Below are positions 39,411-48,553 of a stretch of 64,000 bases of DNA, one piece after another. This DNA comes from a virus. Below the pieces are notes generated by a model that saw only the letters and a list, made by a program, of their open reading frames with translations, was not told the DNA's origin and made no database searches. The first letter of the stretch is position 1, and each line of letters begins with the position of its first letter. The translations under genes and the position numbers were made by a program. The DNA is taken from IMG/VR virus record IMGVR_UViG_3300027749_000051, positions 1 through 64,000 of that record; one strand, written 5' to 3'.

Positions 39411-40286
39411 ATGAATTGGTTTCAAAGAAATTTTAATACAATAATTTATACATGTTTCTTAGTCCCAATTTTGACTGTTGCATTTGTATCTATTTCTCAT
39501 GTCTCAAAATGGTATGGTATCTCCAACCCAATGAGTTGGGCGATCTACTTATCAATTGGTATTGAGATTGCTGCCCTTTCAGCCTTGGCAGCAATATCTG
39601 CTCAGATGGGAAGAAAGGTATATTTTCCTTTTGGTATCGTAACCTTAATCCAATTCATTGGTAATATTTTCTTTGCATATCAATATATTGATGTGACTTC
39701 TCAGTCGTTTAAAGACTGGATGGATATGGTAGATCCTCTTGTGAGCTTTTTAGGCGTTGAGTCAGGAGATGTAGTTGGACATAAACGATTCCTGGCATTA
39801 TTCGCTGGAGGTATGTTACCAATTATCTCACTTTCATTTTTACATATGTTAGTTAAATTTGAAGAAGAGGAGAAGAAAAAGTCTAAGGATAAAAAACCGA
39901 ATGATGTTGATATTGATGAGTTAAGTATCGCAGCAGGTAAGAAGGAATTTGAGAATGATAACTTAAAGTATACTCCGACGGAAAACGAATTACAACAAAT
40001 TGAAGAACAATTAAAACGACTTAATGATTTGAAATTTGGTAAGACCATTAAGGATGAGATTGTACCTGAGGAAGTAATCGAGGCACCAATAGAAAATATA
40101 TCCCAAGAAGATGATTGGAGTAATGAAATGGAAGAAGAATATTGGGCTTCACAAATTCTTGAACCATTTATTGAAACAGAAGATGTTCCAGAAATTGTGG
40201 AAGTTATTATAGAAAGTGAACCAGCACCTGAGGAAACACCAGAACCTCAAATAAATAGGTTGAGTTATTTAAGAAGAGATGCGTGA
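39411..40286 (+). CDS. Multi-pass membrane protein with an acidic tail (holin candidate)
   Basis: About four hydrophobic segments in the N-half; directly upstream of an amidase. Confidence 0.45.
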   Translation: MNWFQRNFNTIIYTCFLVPILTVAFVSISHVSKWYGISNPMSWAIYLSIGIEIAALSALAAISAQMGRKVYFPFGIVTLIQFIGNIFFAYQYIDVTSQSFKDWMDMVDPLVSFLGVESGDVVGHKRFLALFAGGMLPIISLSFLHMLVKFEEEEKKKSKDKKPNDVDIDELSIAAGKKEFENDNLKYTPTENELQQIEEQLKRLNDLKFGKTIKDEIVPEEVIEAPIENISQEDDWSNEMEEEYWASQILEPFIETEDVPEIVEVIIESEPAPEETPEPQINRLSYLRRDA

Positions 40287-40884
40287 AATTTGTAAATATG
40301 GGAATTTTAAACCTATAGGAAAACAAAAAAGAAAACGACAGATTATTTTATGTCACACCTCAAGGGAGTCCGAAGAATATTTGGCCTCCCTTAAATTTAG
40401 GTATAATGGTAAGTTTAATCGAATACCTAACTATCTGATTAAAAAAGATGGTGAGATATTACAACTATTAACTGACAACGGGTACAATGATTTTTTTGAT
40501 GATGAGAACATTAATAAAAACTCAATCGTCATTTGTTTAGAAAATTTAGGTTGGTTAGAAAAGAAACCTTTGTCTACGGATTACATTAACTGGAAAGGAA
40601 GTATTTATAGTGGACAGGTATTCGAAAAAAAATGGAGAGACTTCTTTTTTTGGGACCCATATACACTACCTCAATTAAAATCAACGGCTGAGTTATGTGT
40701 ATCACTAACCGATTCTCTCCAAATAGAAAAAAGATGTATTGGACATAATACGAAAGTAGATGGTGTATCCAATTTTGATGGAATAGTTACTAGGAGTAAT
40801 TTTAGTGGCAATTTTACAGACCTAAACCCATCTTTTGATTTTGAAACTTTTATAAAATTTTTTGAAAATGAGCAATTTGCATAA
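40279..40884 (+). CDS. N-acetylmuramoyl-L-alanine amidase (Amidase_2-like), endolysin candidate
   Basis: IILCHT; YLIKKDGEILQL; NKNSIVICLEN; QLKS; IGH; DLNP. Confidence 0.7.
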   Translation: MREICKYGNFKPIGKQKRKRQIILCHTSRESEEYLASLKFRYNGKFNRIPNYLIKKDGEILQLLTDNGYNDFFDDENINKNSIVICLENLGWLEKKPLSTDYINWKGSIYSGQVFEKKWRDFFFWDPYTLPQLKSTAELCVSLTDSLQIEKRCIGHNTKVDGVSNFDGIVTRSNFSGNFTDLNPSFDFETFIKFFENEQFA

Positions 40885-41440
40885 TGACAGGTACGATGAG
40901 ATTAAATCTCTAATTAAGAGATCTAAATTGTTGTTTGAACAAGACGGCCAATTAAATGTTGCCGATGATGTTGAGAGTAGAATAAGCCAAGATATGGATT
41001 ATGAAACTGCTGAAGATGATATGGAACAGGGTAAGAAACCAAGTCCTAAAGATAAGACACAAAAATATAGAATTTCTGGTGGTATATTATCTCTTCACGG
41101 AAAGAATAGAAATGAATTAGATATAACAACTGATGAGAAGGTTGCATTCCAAGAGACTATGGATGAATTCGTTAATGAGGTTTCTGACTTGGCGGATTTC
41201 AACACATTAAATGTCTATACCAATAGTGTTGAATGGTCTGGTAAATTGATTGATGAGGATATAGACTTTATTTTTGCCATAGGTGAAGATAGTGGAATAT
41301 ATATCAATGGACAAATGATTAAGGTTGACGCTGAATTCTTGGATGTTATCGATAAACTACAGAAATACTATCAGAAATTTAAATCTAAATGGGGTAAAGT
41401 TCTTGCTAGTAGAAAGAAAACAAAAGAATCACCATTATAA
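40868..41440 (+). CDS. Hypothetical protein, putative head-associated
   Basis: Start reassigned to ATG 40868; N-terminal IKSLIKRSKLLFEQ. Confidence 0.6.
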   Translation: MSNLHNDRYDEIKSLIKRSKLLFEQDGQLNVADDVESRISQDMDYETAEDDMEQGKKPSPKDKTQKYRISGGILSLHGKNRNELDITTDEKVAFQETMDEFVNEVSDLADFNTLNVYTNSVEWSGKLIDEDIDFIFAIGEDSGIYINGQMIKVDAEFLDVIDKLQKYYQKFKSKWGKVLASRKKTKESPL

Positions 41441-41441
41441 T

Positions 41442-41810
41442 ATGATAGGATTAATTTTAGGAAATTTCAAAATAATAAAGAATGTGTTAATTGTTCTTGC
41501 AATTTCTGCATTGATTTGGTTAGTTTCTGAAAGAATAACTAAGATTGGAATGCCAGACTCTAGTCGTACTAAAATAGATTCATTGAATACTGAGATAAGT
41601 AAAATTTATCAGAATCAAAAAAAGATTGATAGTAGTATTGTGAATTTTAATAAACAGGTTAGTAATATTGATAATAACATATCTAATATTAAAAATCAAA
41701 AAGAAACAATTAAAGAAGTTTACTATGGTAAGATTAATCGTGTTAATGAGTATAATGATGCTCAGATTGACAGCTTTTTCACAAACCGCTACGGATATAC
41801 AACCCGTTAA
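41442..41810 (+). CDS. N-terminal TM plus coiled coil (i-spanin-like)
   Basis: Start reassigned to ATG 41442; VLIVLAISALIWLV then heptad repeats. Confidence 0.45.
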   Translation: MIGLILGNFKIIKNVLIVLAISALIWLVSERITKIGMPDSSRTKIDSLNTEISKIYQNQKKIDSSIVNFNKQVSNIDNNISNIKNQKETIKEVYYGKINRVNEYNDAQIDSFFTNRYGYTTR

Positions 41811-42138
41811 GAGTTTTCCAATTCCTGTTGTTAAACTTATTATTAAAGACTTAATAAGTGGTGACATGGCTAAAGTGGAGTTAAAGTTAACTGAACAACA
41901 ATTACGAGAAACAGAAAACAAAGTATCACTTAAGGATAGTATTATTGGATCGATGAGATTGAAGGAATTAGGGTATACTCAAATTATTGGTGATCAGAAT
42001 CAAAAATTTGGTGTTCTTGAGGATTATACTAAGAAAGTAGAATTGAATCTCAAGAAAGAAAAATTTAAGAGTAAATTTAAGTCTATATTGGGTGGAGCCG
42101 CAATTACGGCATTAACAGTTTTTTTAGTTACAAAATAA
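41725..42138 (+). CDS. Signal-peptide, coiled-coil, C-terminal TM protein overlapping the upstream gene
   Basis: ...LRLTAFSQT signal-like N-terminus (start 41725, 41755 or 41758); ends ILGGAAITALTVFLVTK. Confidence 0.5.
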   Translation: MVRLIVLMSIMMLRLTAFSQTATDIQPVKSFPIPVVKLIIKDLISGDMAKVELKLTEQQLRETENKVSLKDSIIGSMRLKELGYTQIIGDQNQKFGVLEDYTKKVELNLKKEKFKSKFKSILGGAAITALTVFLVTK

Positions 42139-42383
42139 TGGCACTTACAAGTACAGAAGTAAAAGAAATCGAAGTATTGATTCGTAAAGAAATAAAAAAC
42201 TTTATGGAGGTTAGTACTATTAAACAATACGAGGACAAAATAATGGATCGTATTCATAAAGAAATGGTAAAAGGTAAATTAGAAGGTGATGTTAAAGAGA
42301 TAGCCCTAAGAATGTTCCGAGAATTCTATCAGTTTATGTGGATGAATAGAAGTTATTGGGAGCCAAGATTAAAAAACGCTTAA
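42138..42383 (+). CDS. Hypothetical protein
   Basis: Translationally coupled ORF. Confidence 0.6.
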   Translation: MALTSTEVKEIEVLIRKEIKNFMEVSTIKQYEDKIMDRIHKEMVKGKLEGDVKEIALRMFREFYQFMWMNRSYWEPRLKNA

Positions 42384-42384
42384 T

Positions 42385-43368
42385 ATGGAACAGACATCTG
42401 GCGACTTATTTAAAAAATCACTTCAAAAGGCATATACTTCTGATCCATCAATTAAATTAAATGATGCAACTCTTTTTGATGTAAACCAATATACTCAAGC
42501 AATGAAAGAAGAAAATTTGGAGGGAGGACTTGCTGATAATGAAAATTTGGAGGATATTGCTAAAAAGTATGTAACAAAGAAATCTTCTTTGGAACAAATC
42601 ATGTTTAAGTTGAAGAAACAGTTAAAAAAAGGAATTAAAAAAGAAATGGATCATACTAATAGTGTGAAAACCGCAAGAGAAATTGCTATGGATCATTTAT
42701 CGAAGATTCCAAATTATTATGATAGGTTGAAGAAAGTTGAACCAAATGAGGCGACAGGTTCAGGATCTTCTGGAGTATTTTCAGGACCAATTGCGTTTAA
42801 AGAACAAGAGAATGAATTTAGTGAGGAGTGGAGTGAAAAATATAAAAAATCTATAGACTGTTCTAATCCAAAAGGTTTTAGCCAGAGAGCTCATTGCCAA
42901 GGACGTAAGAAGAAAGAAACAAAAGAAACTACAGGTTCAGGTTCGTCTGGAGGATTCTCAGCACCTATTGGATTTAAAGATAGTGAGTTCTTAAGAAAAA
43001 GTTTTGCTGAGACACCTAATAGTCCAATTAAAGAACAAGAAGAAAAGGTTGAAGCGACAGAAGCCACAGGTTCAGGGTCAGTTGGAGGATATTCATCACC
43101 ATCAATGTGGGCGAAATCGACAAAGAAAAAAGATTGGGGACCAAGTCGTAAGACTCAATATAAAGGGGGATCTTTTGTGTCTGTTAAGAAGAAATGTTCG
43201 AAGTTTCCTTATTGTAATCAGGGGGACATTAAAGCATTAAACATAACTAAAAATGAGTCGGTACAAGAAGCGATTAAGAATGTTTCAAGAAAATTAAATT
43301 TGGGTGAGAACATTATCTCGACAATTTTAGAGAATGAGTACAAGAAATTGAATAAAAGAGGGAAATAA
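42385..43368 (+). CDS. Mosaic micro-domain protein (putative internal head protein)
   Basis: EMDHT...AREIAMDHLSKIPNYY; three E[AT]TGSGS[SV]G motifs; WSEKYKKSIDCSNPKGFSQRAHC; KCSKFPYCNQG. Confidence 0.55.
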   Translation: MEQTSGDLFKKSLQKAYTSDPSIKLNDATLFDVNQYTQAMKEENLEGGLADNENLEDIAKKYVTKKSSLEQIMFKLKKQLKKGIKKEMDHTNSVKTAREIAMDHLSKIPNYYDRLKKVEPNEATGSGSSGVFSGPIAFKEQENEFSEEWSEKYKKSIDCSNPKGFSQRAHCQGRKKKETKETTGSGSSGGFSAPIGFKDSEFLRKSFAETPNSPIKEQEEKVEATEATGSGSVGGYSSPSMWAKSTKKKDWGPSRKTQYKGGSFVSVKKKCSKFPYCNQGDIKALNITKNESVQEAIKNVSRKLNLGENIISTILENEYKKLNKRGK

Positions 43369-43371
43369 AGA

Positions 43372-43378
43372 TATTTAT
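43372..43378 (+). promoter_or_regulatory. TATTTAT putative late promoter
   Basis: Ends 14 nt before ATG 43393. Confidence 0.55.
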
Positions 43379-43392
43379 TATAAAAACTTAAA

Positions 43393-44994
43393 ATGGATAA
43401 TTTCAAAAAAAATATTGATAAATTAGTTTCAAGAATTCTTAACGAAGAAATTGAAAACAAAGTTAAACAAATTGCTGAAGAAATGGGTGAATGGACAGAG
43501 ATTAAAGTTGACGAAGACCTTACAGGTGGTCAAAGTAAATTAGATGTTGCTGAGCCAAAAGGTAAATTAACTGCCGCAGACTTTAAAAAATTAAGGGATT
43601 CGAAATCTTCTAAAAAAGAAGTTGATGAATTTTTCTTTGATGATGATGAAAATGAAGAAGAAGAGAATGCTGAGGAACTATCTTCACAAGAACCAACTTA
43701 TGTTGGAAAAGGTCTTGAAGGTAAAAAACCAAGAATGATTGGATCATTTGATGATGACCATGGATGGTTTGACCATAGGGACAAACAGATTCATCCTGAT
43801 GAACTTGAAGATTATGATGAAGAAAATTTTCCTGATGTTGAGTCATTACTTGCAAAACATGGTAATAGACAACCATGGTTTAGTGGTGATAATGCGAGAG
43901 AAATGTTTAGGTCGTATCAGAATAAGTTTGGAGGAAAGCCATTTAGAGTGAGAATTCCAAAATTAGATGTTGAAGAACAAGAATGTGACGAATGTGGTGG
44001 TAAGATGTATGAATCTAAAGACGAAAAGTGGATTCAAAAGACTGACATGAAGAAAGGTTCTTTACATAAAACATTAGGCGTTCCTGAAGGAGATAAAATT
44101 CCTGTTGCTAAATTAAAATCATTAAAGAAAGAATTGACCAAAAAATCTGAGGGTGATAAAAAATTGTCGGCGGCTGATTCAAAATTACTTAAACAAGTTA
44201 ATTTGGCGTTAACCCTTAAAGATATTAAAGAGAATAAGGATACATTAAAATTAACAGAAGACGAATTAATTGACATGATTGAAAAAATTGTGTTGGAACA
44301 AAAAGTTAAAGATAAGGCTGAAATTGATAATATTAGTAAAAAAGAACCTGAGGGTTTAAAAAAGACTAACAAAGTTTTAGAATTGAATAAAAAAGAAAAT
44401 GAGGATTACTCAAAAGAAGTTGTTAAAAAAATGAAGGATTATTTAAAAGACGCTACTAAGGCGGAATATGATGAGAATCCTGAAAGATTTCCTGAGAGTA
44501 ATTACACTTTAGATAAAGATTCTAAGATTGCGAAATACGACCCATCTGAAGCTGTTGATGAGTATATTGAAGCATTTGCATATCCAGGTCAAACTAATAT
44601 CGTTTTTGATGAGATAAAACCTGATGACAAGAAGATTACAAAATATTTAGAGGGTGATAGTACTACAGGCAATGCTGTGGTGGATAAAAAAGGAAAGGCG
44701 TTAGGAAATGTTGTTCCAAGTAAAGCTGGAGAAAGATTCAAAAAGAATTACGATGAAAACCTATATGGCGCAGAACAAATGAAAGCTTCTTATAAAAGAC
44801 AATCACAACCAGTTGATATTGCTGGAGGAGAAAAAATAAAAGGAAGTCTTAAAAACGCGAAAAAGAGCTCAATTGATAAGGCAAGTAGTATATTAAACCA
44901 ACTTGAATCTACAGAAGATAAAGCGTCAAAAATTATCTCTGAGGAAATGGTTAAAATGAAAGATCTTATTTCCTACAATAGAAAAACTCAATAA
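43393..44994 (+). CDS. Charged mosaic protein (putative internal head protein)
   Basis: LVSRILNEE N-terminus; CDECGG; KWIQK..KKGSLHKTLGVPEG; LTEDELIDMIEKIVLEQ. Confidence 0.55.
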   Translation: MDNFKKNIDKLVSRILNEEIENKVKQIAEEMGEWTEIKVDEDLTGGQSKLDVAEPKGKLTAADFKKLRDSKSSKKEVDEFFFDDDENEEEENAEELSSQEPTYVGKGLEGKKPRMIGSFDDDHGWFDHRDKQIHPDELEDYDEENFPDVESLLAKHGNRQPWFSGDNAREMFRSYQNKFGGKPFRVRIPKLDVEEQECDECGGKMYESKDEKWIQKTDMKKGSLHKTLGVPEGDKIPVAKLKSLKKELTKKSEGDKKLSAADSKLLKQVNLALTLKDIKENKDTLKLTEDELIDMIEKIVLEQKVKDKAEIDNISKKEPEGLKKTNKVLELNKKENEDYSKEVVKKMKDYLKDATKAEYDENPERFPESNYTLDKDSKIAKYDPSEAVDEYIEAFAYPGQTNIVFDEIKPDDKKITKYLEGDSTTGNAVVDKKGKALGNVVPSKAGERFKKNYDENLYGAEQMKASYKRQSQPVDIAGGEKIKGSLKNAKKSSIDKASSILNQLESTEDKASKIISEEMVKMKDLISYNRKTQ

Positions 44995-45032
44995 AATTCA
45001 CATTTGAAATCATTTTACTATATTCTCCATAG

Positions 45033-45500
45033 ATGAACTCTATGGAGAATTTTTTTAATTGGATGATTACACCAATATCAAAAGAAGAAGTTATTTTGTG
45101 GTTTAATGCTCATAATATGTTTTATGAGAGAATTGAATTATATGGCGATATATTTAAATCATTAAATATTGTCATTATAGACACCTATATGGGTGATGAA
45201 ACAAGTGAAACCAAGATATCCTTGTCCCAAGAGGATAAAAATTCACATTTTGAATGGTGTTGGAACCGTGTAATTGATGATTTCCAAAAAGAAAATGTTA
45301 TAATTAAACTTAATGGTGAACATAGAAATTATGTTAGATCATTTTTTATGGACACATTTTATAATCAATCTGAAAAAAAATTCAAAAACTCGATTTCTAA
45401 ATTTTTAAATGATATGTTTGACATGGAAAAACCATTTAGCAAATCTGATTTAGATATTTTAACTGAGATATATAAGTTAATGGAAAAAAACATAGAGTGA
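45033..45500 (+). CDS. Hypothetical protein
   Basis: ORF with clean boundaries. Confidence 0.55.
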   Translation: MNSMENFFNWMITPISKEEVILWFNAHNMFYERIELYGDIFKSLNIVIIDTYMGDETSETKISLSQEDKNSHFEWCWNRVIDDFQKENVIIKLNGEHRNYVRSFFMDTFYNQSEKKFKNSISKFLNDMFDMEKPFSKSDLDILTEIYKLMEKNIE

Positions 45501-45581
45501 AAAAAGTCCTTATTCTATTTACACCAGGATAAAAAAACTTAATATTCCACTATAAACAATAAACAAAAATAAATTTAAAAA

Positions 45582-45764
45582 ATGGAAACATTAGAAAAAA
45601 TCAAAGAATTGACTGAATCGCTTTCACTTGACGCAGCAAAATTCTACAAAGGTAATAAGAGCGCTGGAACAAGAGCACGGAAAACTGCACAAGAATTAAA
45701 AGCATTACTTCAAGTGTTCAGAGGTGAGATCCTAGGAAACAAAAAGACTGAGGATAATGCATAA
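45582..45764 (+). CDS. Histone H1-like (Hc1 family) nucleoid protein
   Basis: KFYKGNKSAGTRARKTAQELK matches the Bacteroidota Hc1-like family. Confidence 0.75.
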   Translation: METLEKIKELTESLSLDAAKFYKGNKSAGTRARKTAQELKALLQVFRGEILGNKKTEDNA

Positions 45765-45945
45765 TATTGGATCAATATATCTTTTTATATTTGTATTCGC
45801 AATATTAGTGGTATTGAAGAATTCCACAAAATTTATAAGCGCCCTGTTACAAAAAGAACCAAAACCTTTGGTTTATAGTAACGGGGAGCTTATAACCCTC
45901 GGGTTATCAATTAGTTATATCATAACATATCTTTTATCAAAATGA
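45757..45945 (+). CDS. Small membrane protein
   Basis: Two hydrophobic segments. Confidence 0.55.
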   Translation: MHNIGSIYLFIFVFAILVVLKNSTKFISALLQKEPKPLVYSNGELITLGLSISYIITYLLSK

Positions 45946-46379
45946 GCCTATATAAAGAACTTTTACCATTTGTAGATTATATCCATTCGATCAGGAAGTT
46001 GAAAACATATCTAAGTTTCGATATGGTTTTTCCTAATAAGTGGTCAATGCCAAAAAACATAACAGAAGAAGGGCAAATAGTTGGATTTGAATCTGAAGAT
46101 CCAAATATGAAAGGAGTGTCTTTCGTTGCCGCAATAGATGAAAAAGAAGTTTCATTAATTGTCGGCAAGATTGGTAAGATAATTAAAATGAATAAAGAAC
46201 GGGAGTTAAAAGAAAAACTTTTTAAACAGACCGTTGATCAACTAAAACAAACATTCGAAAAGAATGGGTTGGATAAACTACAAAATCTTTACTTTGATTT
46301 TGAGGAAACAGAACCAGAAATAGAATTAATTAATCAAAATGAACAGGAATCAACATCTATTGAATTGGTTGACGAGTGA
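45942..46379 (+). CDS. Hypothetical protein
   Basis: ATGA-coupled ORF. Confidence 0.6.
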   Translation: MSLYKELLPFVDYIHSIRKLKTYLSFDMVFPNKWSMPKNITEEGQIVGFESEDPNMKGVSFVAAIDEKEVSLIVGKIGKIIKMNKERELKEKLFKQTVDQLKQTFEKNGLDKLQNLYFDFEETEPEIELINQNEQESTSIELVDE

Positions 46380-46524
46380 AAAACTAAAAGACGATAAGGA
46401 ATTAAATCGTACTAAAATTAATTATGCAAAAGATATTGTAAAATTAAAAAAAGAACAAATGTTTCCTGAAAAAAAAGAACTCACCTTATGGCAGAAAATA
46501 AAAATATTAGTATTGGGGAATTAG
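46339..46524 (+). CDS. Hypothetical protein
   Basis: Overlapping ORF chain. Confidence 0.5.
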   Translation: MNRNQHLLNWLTSEKLKDDKELNRTKINYAKDIVKLKKEQMFPEKKELTLWQKIKILVLGN

Positions 46525-46718
46525 AAAAATTAGCATTAATTGCTCAATCAGTACAATCCATTTTTAGTGGTAAATCAACAATTATATTCGAACTACCTAA
46601 GGGAGAGTATGGTAGTGTTATTAATCATTTTAGAGAGGTTGATAGACATCACAAGCAATTCTCTATTGATATCTCAGGAACAGAATTTCATTTTATTTTG
46701 GTTGAGGTAGAGTCGTAA
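46488..46718 (+). CDS. Hypothetical protein
   Basis: Overlapping ORF chain. Confidence 0.55.
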   Translation: MAENKNISIGELEKLALIAQSVQSIFSGKSTIIFELPKGEYGSVINHFREVDRHHKQFSIDISGTEFHFILVEVES

Positions 46719-47334
46719 ATTTCCGATACAATATCTTTTTATCTATTCCTGAAGACTCCAGTAAACTATAAAGGTATTTTCTTTGCGGAGAAGAGTAATC
46801 TTTAATAAAAAGACAATCTCCTCGTTTAATCTTAAAGAAGTATTTTGAGAGGCAATCAACAAATCTTGATGCCTCTTCTTCTGTTTTAAGGGTAAATAAA
46901 TTTAGTTTTTCTTCTTCCTGTATTAGTATTTTATTATTCAAAACAGAAACCATCTTTAATCCATCTCCCTTCAAATAAAGTCTGATTAGTTCCTGAACGG
47001 TGATTTTCTTACTCTTCTTAATATCAAATATTGTTTCTTCTTTTCTATATGGCGCTATATGACTAATGCTCATTCCGTCTTCTTCCAACTTTATTTTGAT
47101 ATTTCTACCAAAATCATCATTTATATAAACTGGCGATAGTTGAATTGATGATGTGATTATTGCGACTTCGTAACTACAAGACTTACCATTTTCAAATTCG
47201 GAATTAAAGATTACCTCTCCAGACTTTTTTATTAGGTCATCATAAAACGATTTTGCTCGTGATAGCGTAATAAACTCCTTTATTATTTTTTTCTTTTTTT
47301 TATTCTTGAATAATACGATAATGTAGTTTCCCAT
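46693..47334 (-). CDS. Hypothetical protein
   Basis: Minus-strand ORF; its start lies 2 nt from the dnaJ ATG (divergent). Confidence 0.6.
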   Translation of the reverse strand: MGNYIIVLFKNKKKKKIIKEFITLSRAKSFYDDLIKKSGEVIFNSEFENGKSCSYEVAIITSSIQLSPVYINDDFGRNIKIKLEEDGMSISHIAPYRKEETIFDIKKSKKITVQELIRLYLKGDGLKMVSVLNNKILIQEEEKLNLFTLKTEEEASRFVDCLSKYFFKIKRGDCLFIKDYSSPQRKYLYSLLESSGIDKKILYRKFTTLPQPK

Positions 47335-47336
47335 AT

Positions 47337-48260
47337 ATGAAAGATTATTATAAAATCCTAGAAGTTGAAGAGAAAGCGAGTACAGAAGAGATAAAAAAAA
47401 GTTTTAGAACGCTTTCTAAGAAATATCACCCAGATAGAAACCCTAATGGGGATGAAAAGTTTAAAGAAATTGCCGAGGCTTATGAAGTCTTAGGTAATAA
47501 AGACAAAAGACAAAAATACGATAATTCAAAGAATAATCCTTTTCAAGGGACTAACTTTGAAGACTTCTTTAGTTCAATGTTTAATGGACAAAATAATGGG
47601 CATCCACAACAAAGAAGAAATGCAGTACCTGATAAAGTAGTTAAACTTCAGATCACACCAATTGACTCATATAAAGGAGCGACGAAATCAATCCAATATA
47701 TGAAGGAAAATCATTGCCCTGTATGTAGTGGCTCTGGTGGAGAACAACAGATCTGTGGGACTTGTAATGGGGCTGGATTTCAAATTAGAACCTTAGGTAC
47801 TGGATTTATGGTACAACATGTAAGAACTGTTTGTAATGGTTGTGGGGGACAAGGATATACATTAGTTAATAGATGTTATCATTGTGATGGTAGGGGTACT
47901 AAATCAAGTGTTAACAATGTTGATATTAAACTCCCTGTTGGTAGTGATAGTGGACAGTTCCTAAAGTTAGAGAAATATGGGGATTTTAAGAATGGGGATT
48001 ATGGTAATTTAATAATTCAAATAGAATTGTTAAATAAAGATGGGTTTGAAAAGATTAATAATGATCTGGTTTATAACCTGTTCTTGGACTTGGAAGCGTT
48101 AAAACGAGATAAGTACTCGATTCCTCATCCTGATGGGGAATTAAACATTGATTCACCAAGAATTTTTGATACTTCAAAACCCTTAAGATTAAGGGGTAAA
48201 GGATTTCCAGGTGGGGATATGTATATTAAGTTGAATGTTAAGTTTGAAAGACCTATTTAA
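47337..48260 (+). CDS. dnaJ: DnaJ chaperone (J domain, zinc finger, C-terminal domain)
   Basis: DYYKILEV; KYHPDRN; four CxxCxGxG repeats; LRLRGKG. Confidence 0.95.
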   Translation: MKDYYKILEVEEKASTEEIKKSFRTLSKKYHPDRNPNGDEKFKEIAEAYEVLGNKDKRQKYDNSKNNPFQGTNFEDFFSSMFNGQNNGHPQQRRNAVPDKVVKLQITPIDSYKGATKSIQYMKENHCPVCSGSGGEQQICGTCNGAGFQIRTLGTGFMVQHVRTVCNGCGGQGYTLVNRCYHCDGRGTKSSVNNVDIKLPVGSDSGQFLKLEKYGDFKNGDYGNLIIQIELLNKDGFEKINNDLVYNLFLDLEALKRDKYSIPHPDGELNIDSPRIFDTSKPLRLRGKGFPGGDMYIKLNVKFERPI

Positions 48261-48399
48261 ATAGGGAGATCAACTTTCCAAATAGTACAACTGTTCCGTA
48301 GATTGAGGACGCTAGTAGATATAGTCCTAAAATGATTCCTCCTATTTGAGTTTTTGAAGGACCTTTTTGTTTACACGATTTACATTCTTTTTCTGACAT
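48253..48399 (-). CDS. Small CxxC plus TM protein (48 aa)
   Basis: Start reassigned: MSEKECKSCKQK...GGIILGLYLLASSIYGTVVLF. Confidence 0.55.
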   Translation of the reverse strand: MSEKECKSCKQKGPSKTQIGGIILGLYLLASSIYGTVVLFGKLISLFK

Positions 48400-48444
48400 T
48401 TGTGTTTGAATTTTTAAAATAATAATGAGATATTTGTTGAAAGT

Positions 48445-48472
48445 AAACTCCACATATTTCTGTGTGGAGTTT
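48445..48472. terminator. Hairpin / possible terminator
   Basis: AAACTCCACA-tatttctg-TGTGGAGTTT. Confidence 0.55.
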
Positions 48473-48500
48473 GTTTTTATGTGAAAAAAAATTATATTTG
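48470..48500 (+). promoter_or_regulatory. Bacteroidota-type -33/-7 promoter
   Basis: TTTG-N19-TATATTTG upstream of the second MTase. Confidence 0.75.
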
Positions 48501-48553
48501 ATGAAGTGATTAAAATAATTAATGATAAAAAAAAATATAGAAAAAAATAAATT

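Noticed and set aside
40602-40609. TATTTATA inside the amidase gene as a promoter for 40868
   Set aside because: About 260 nt from the start and intragenic; could easily be chance in AT-rich DNA.
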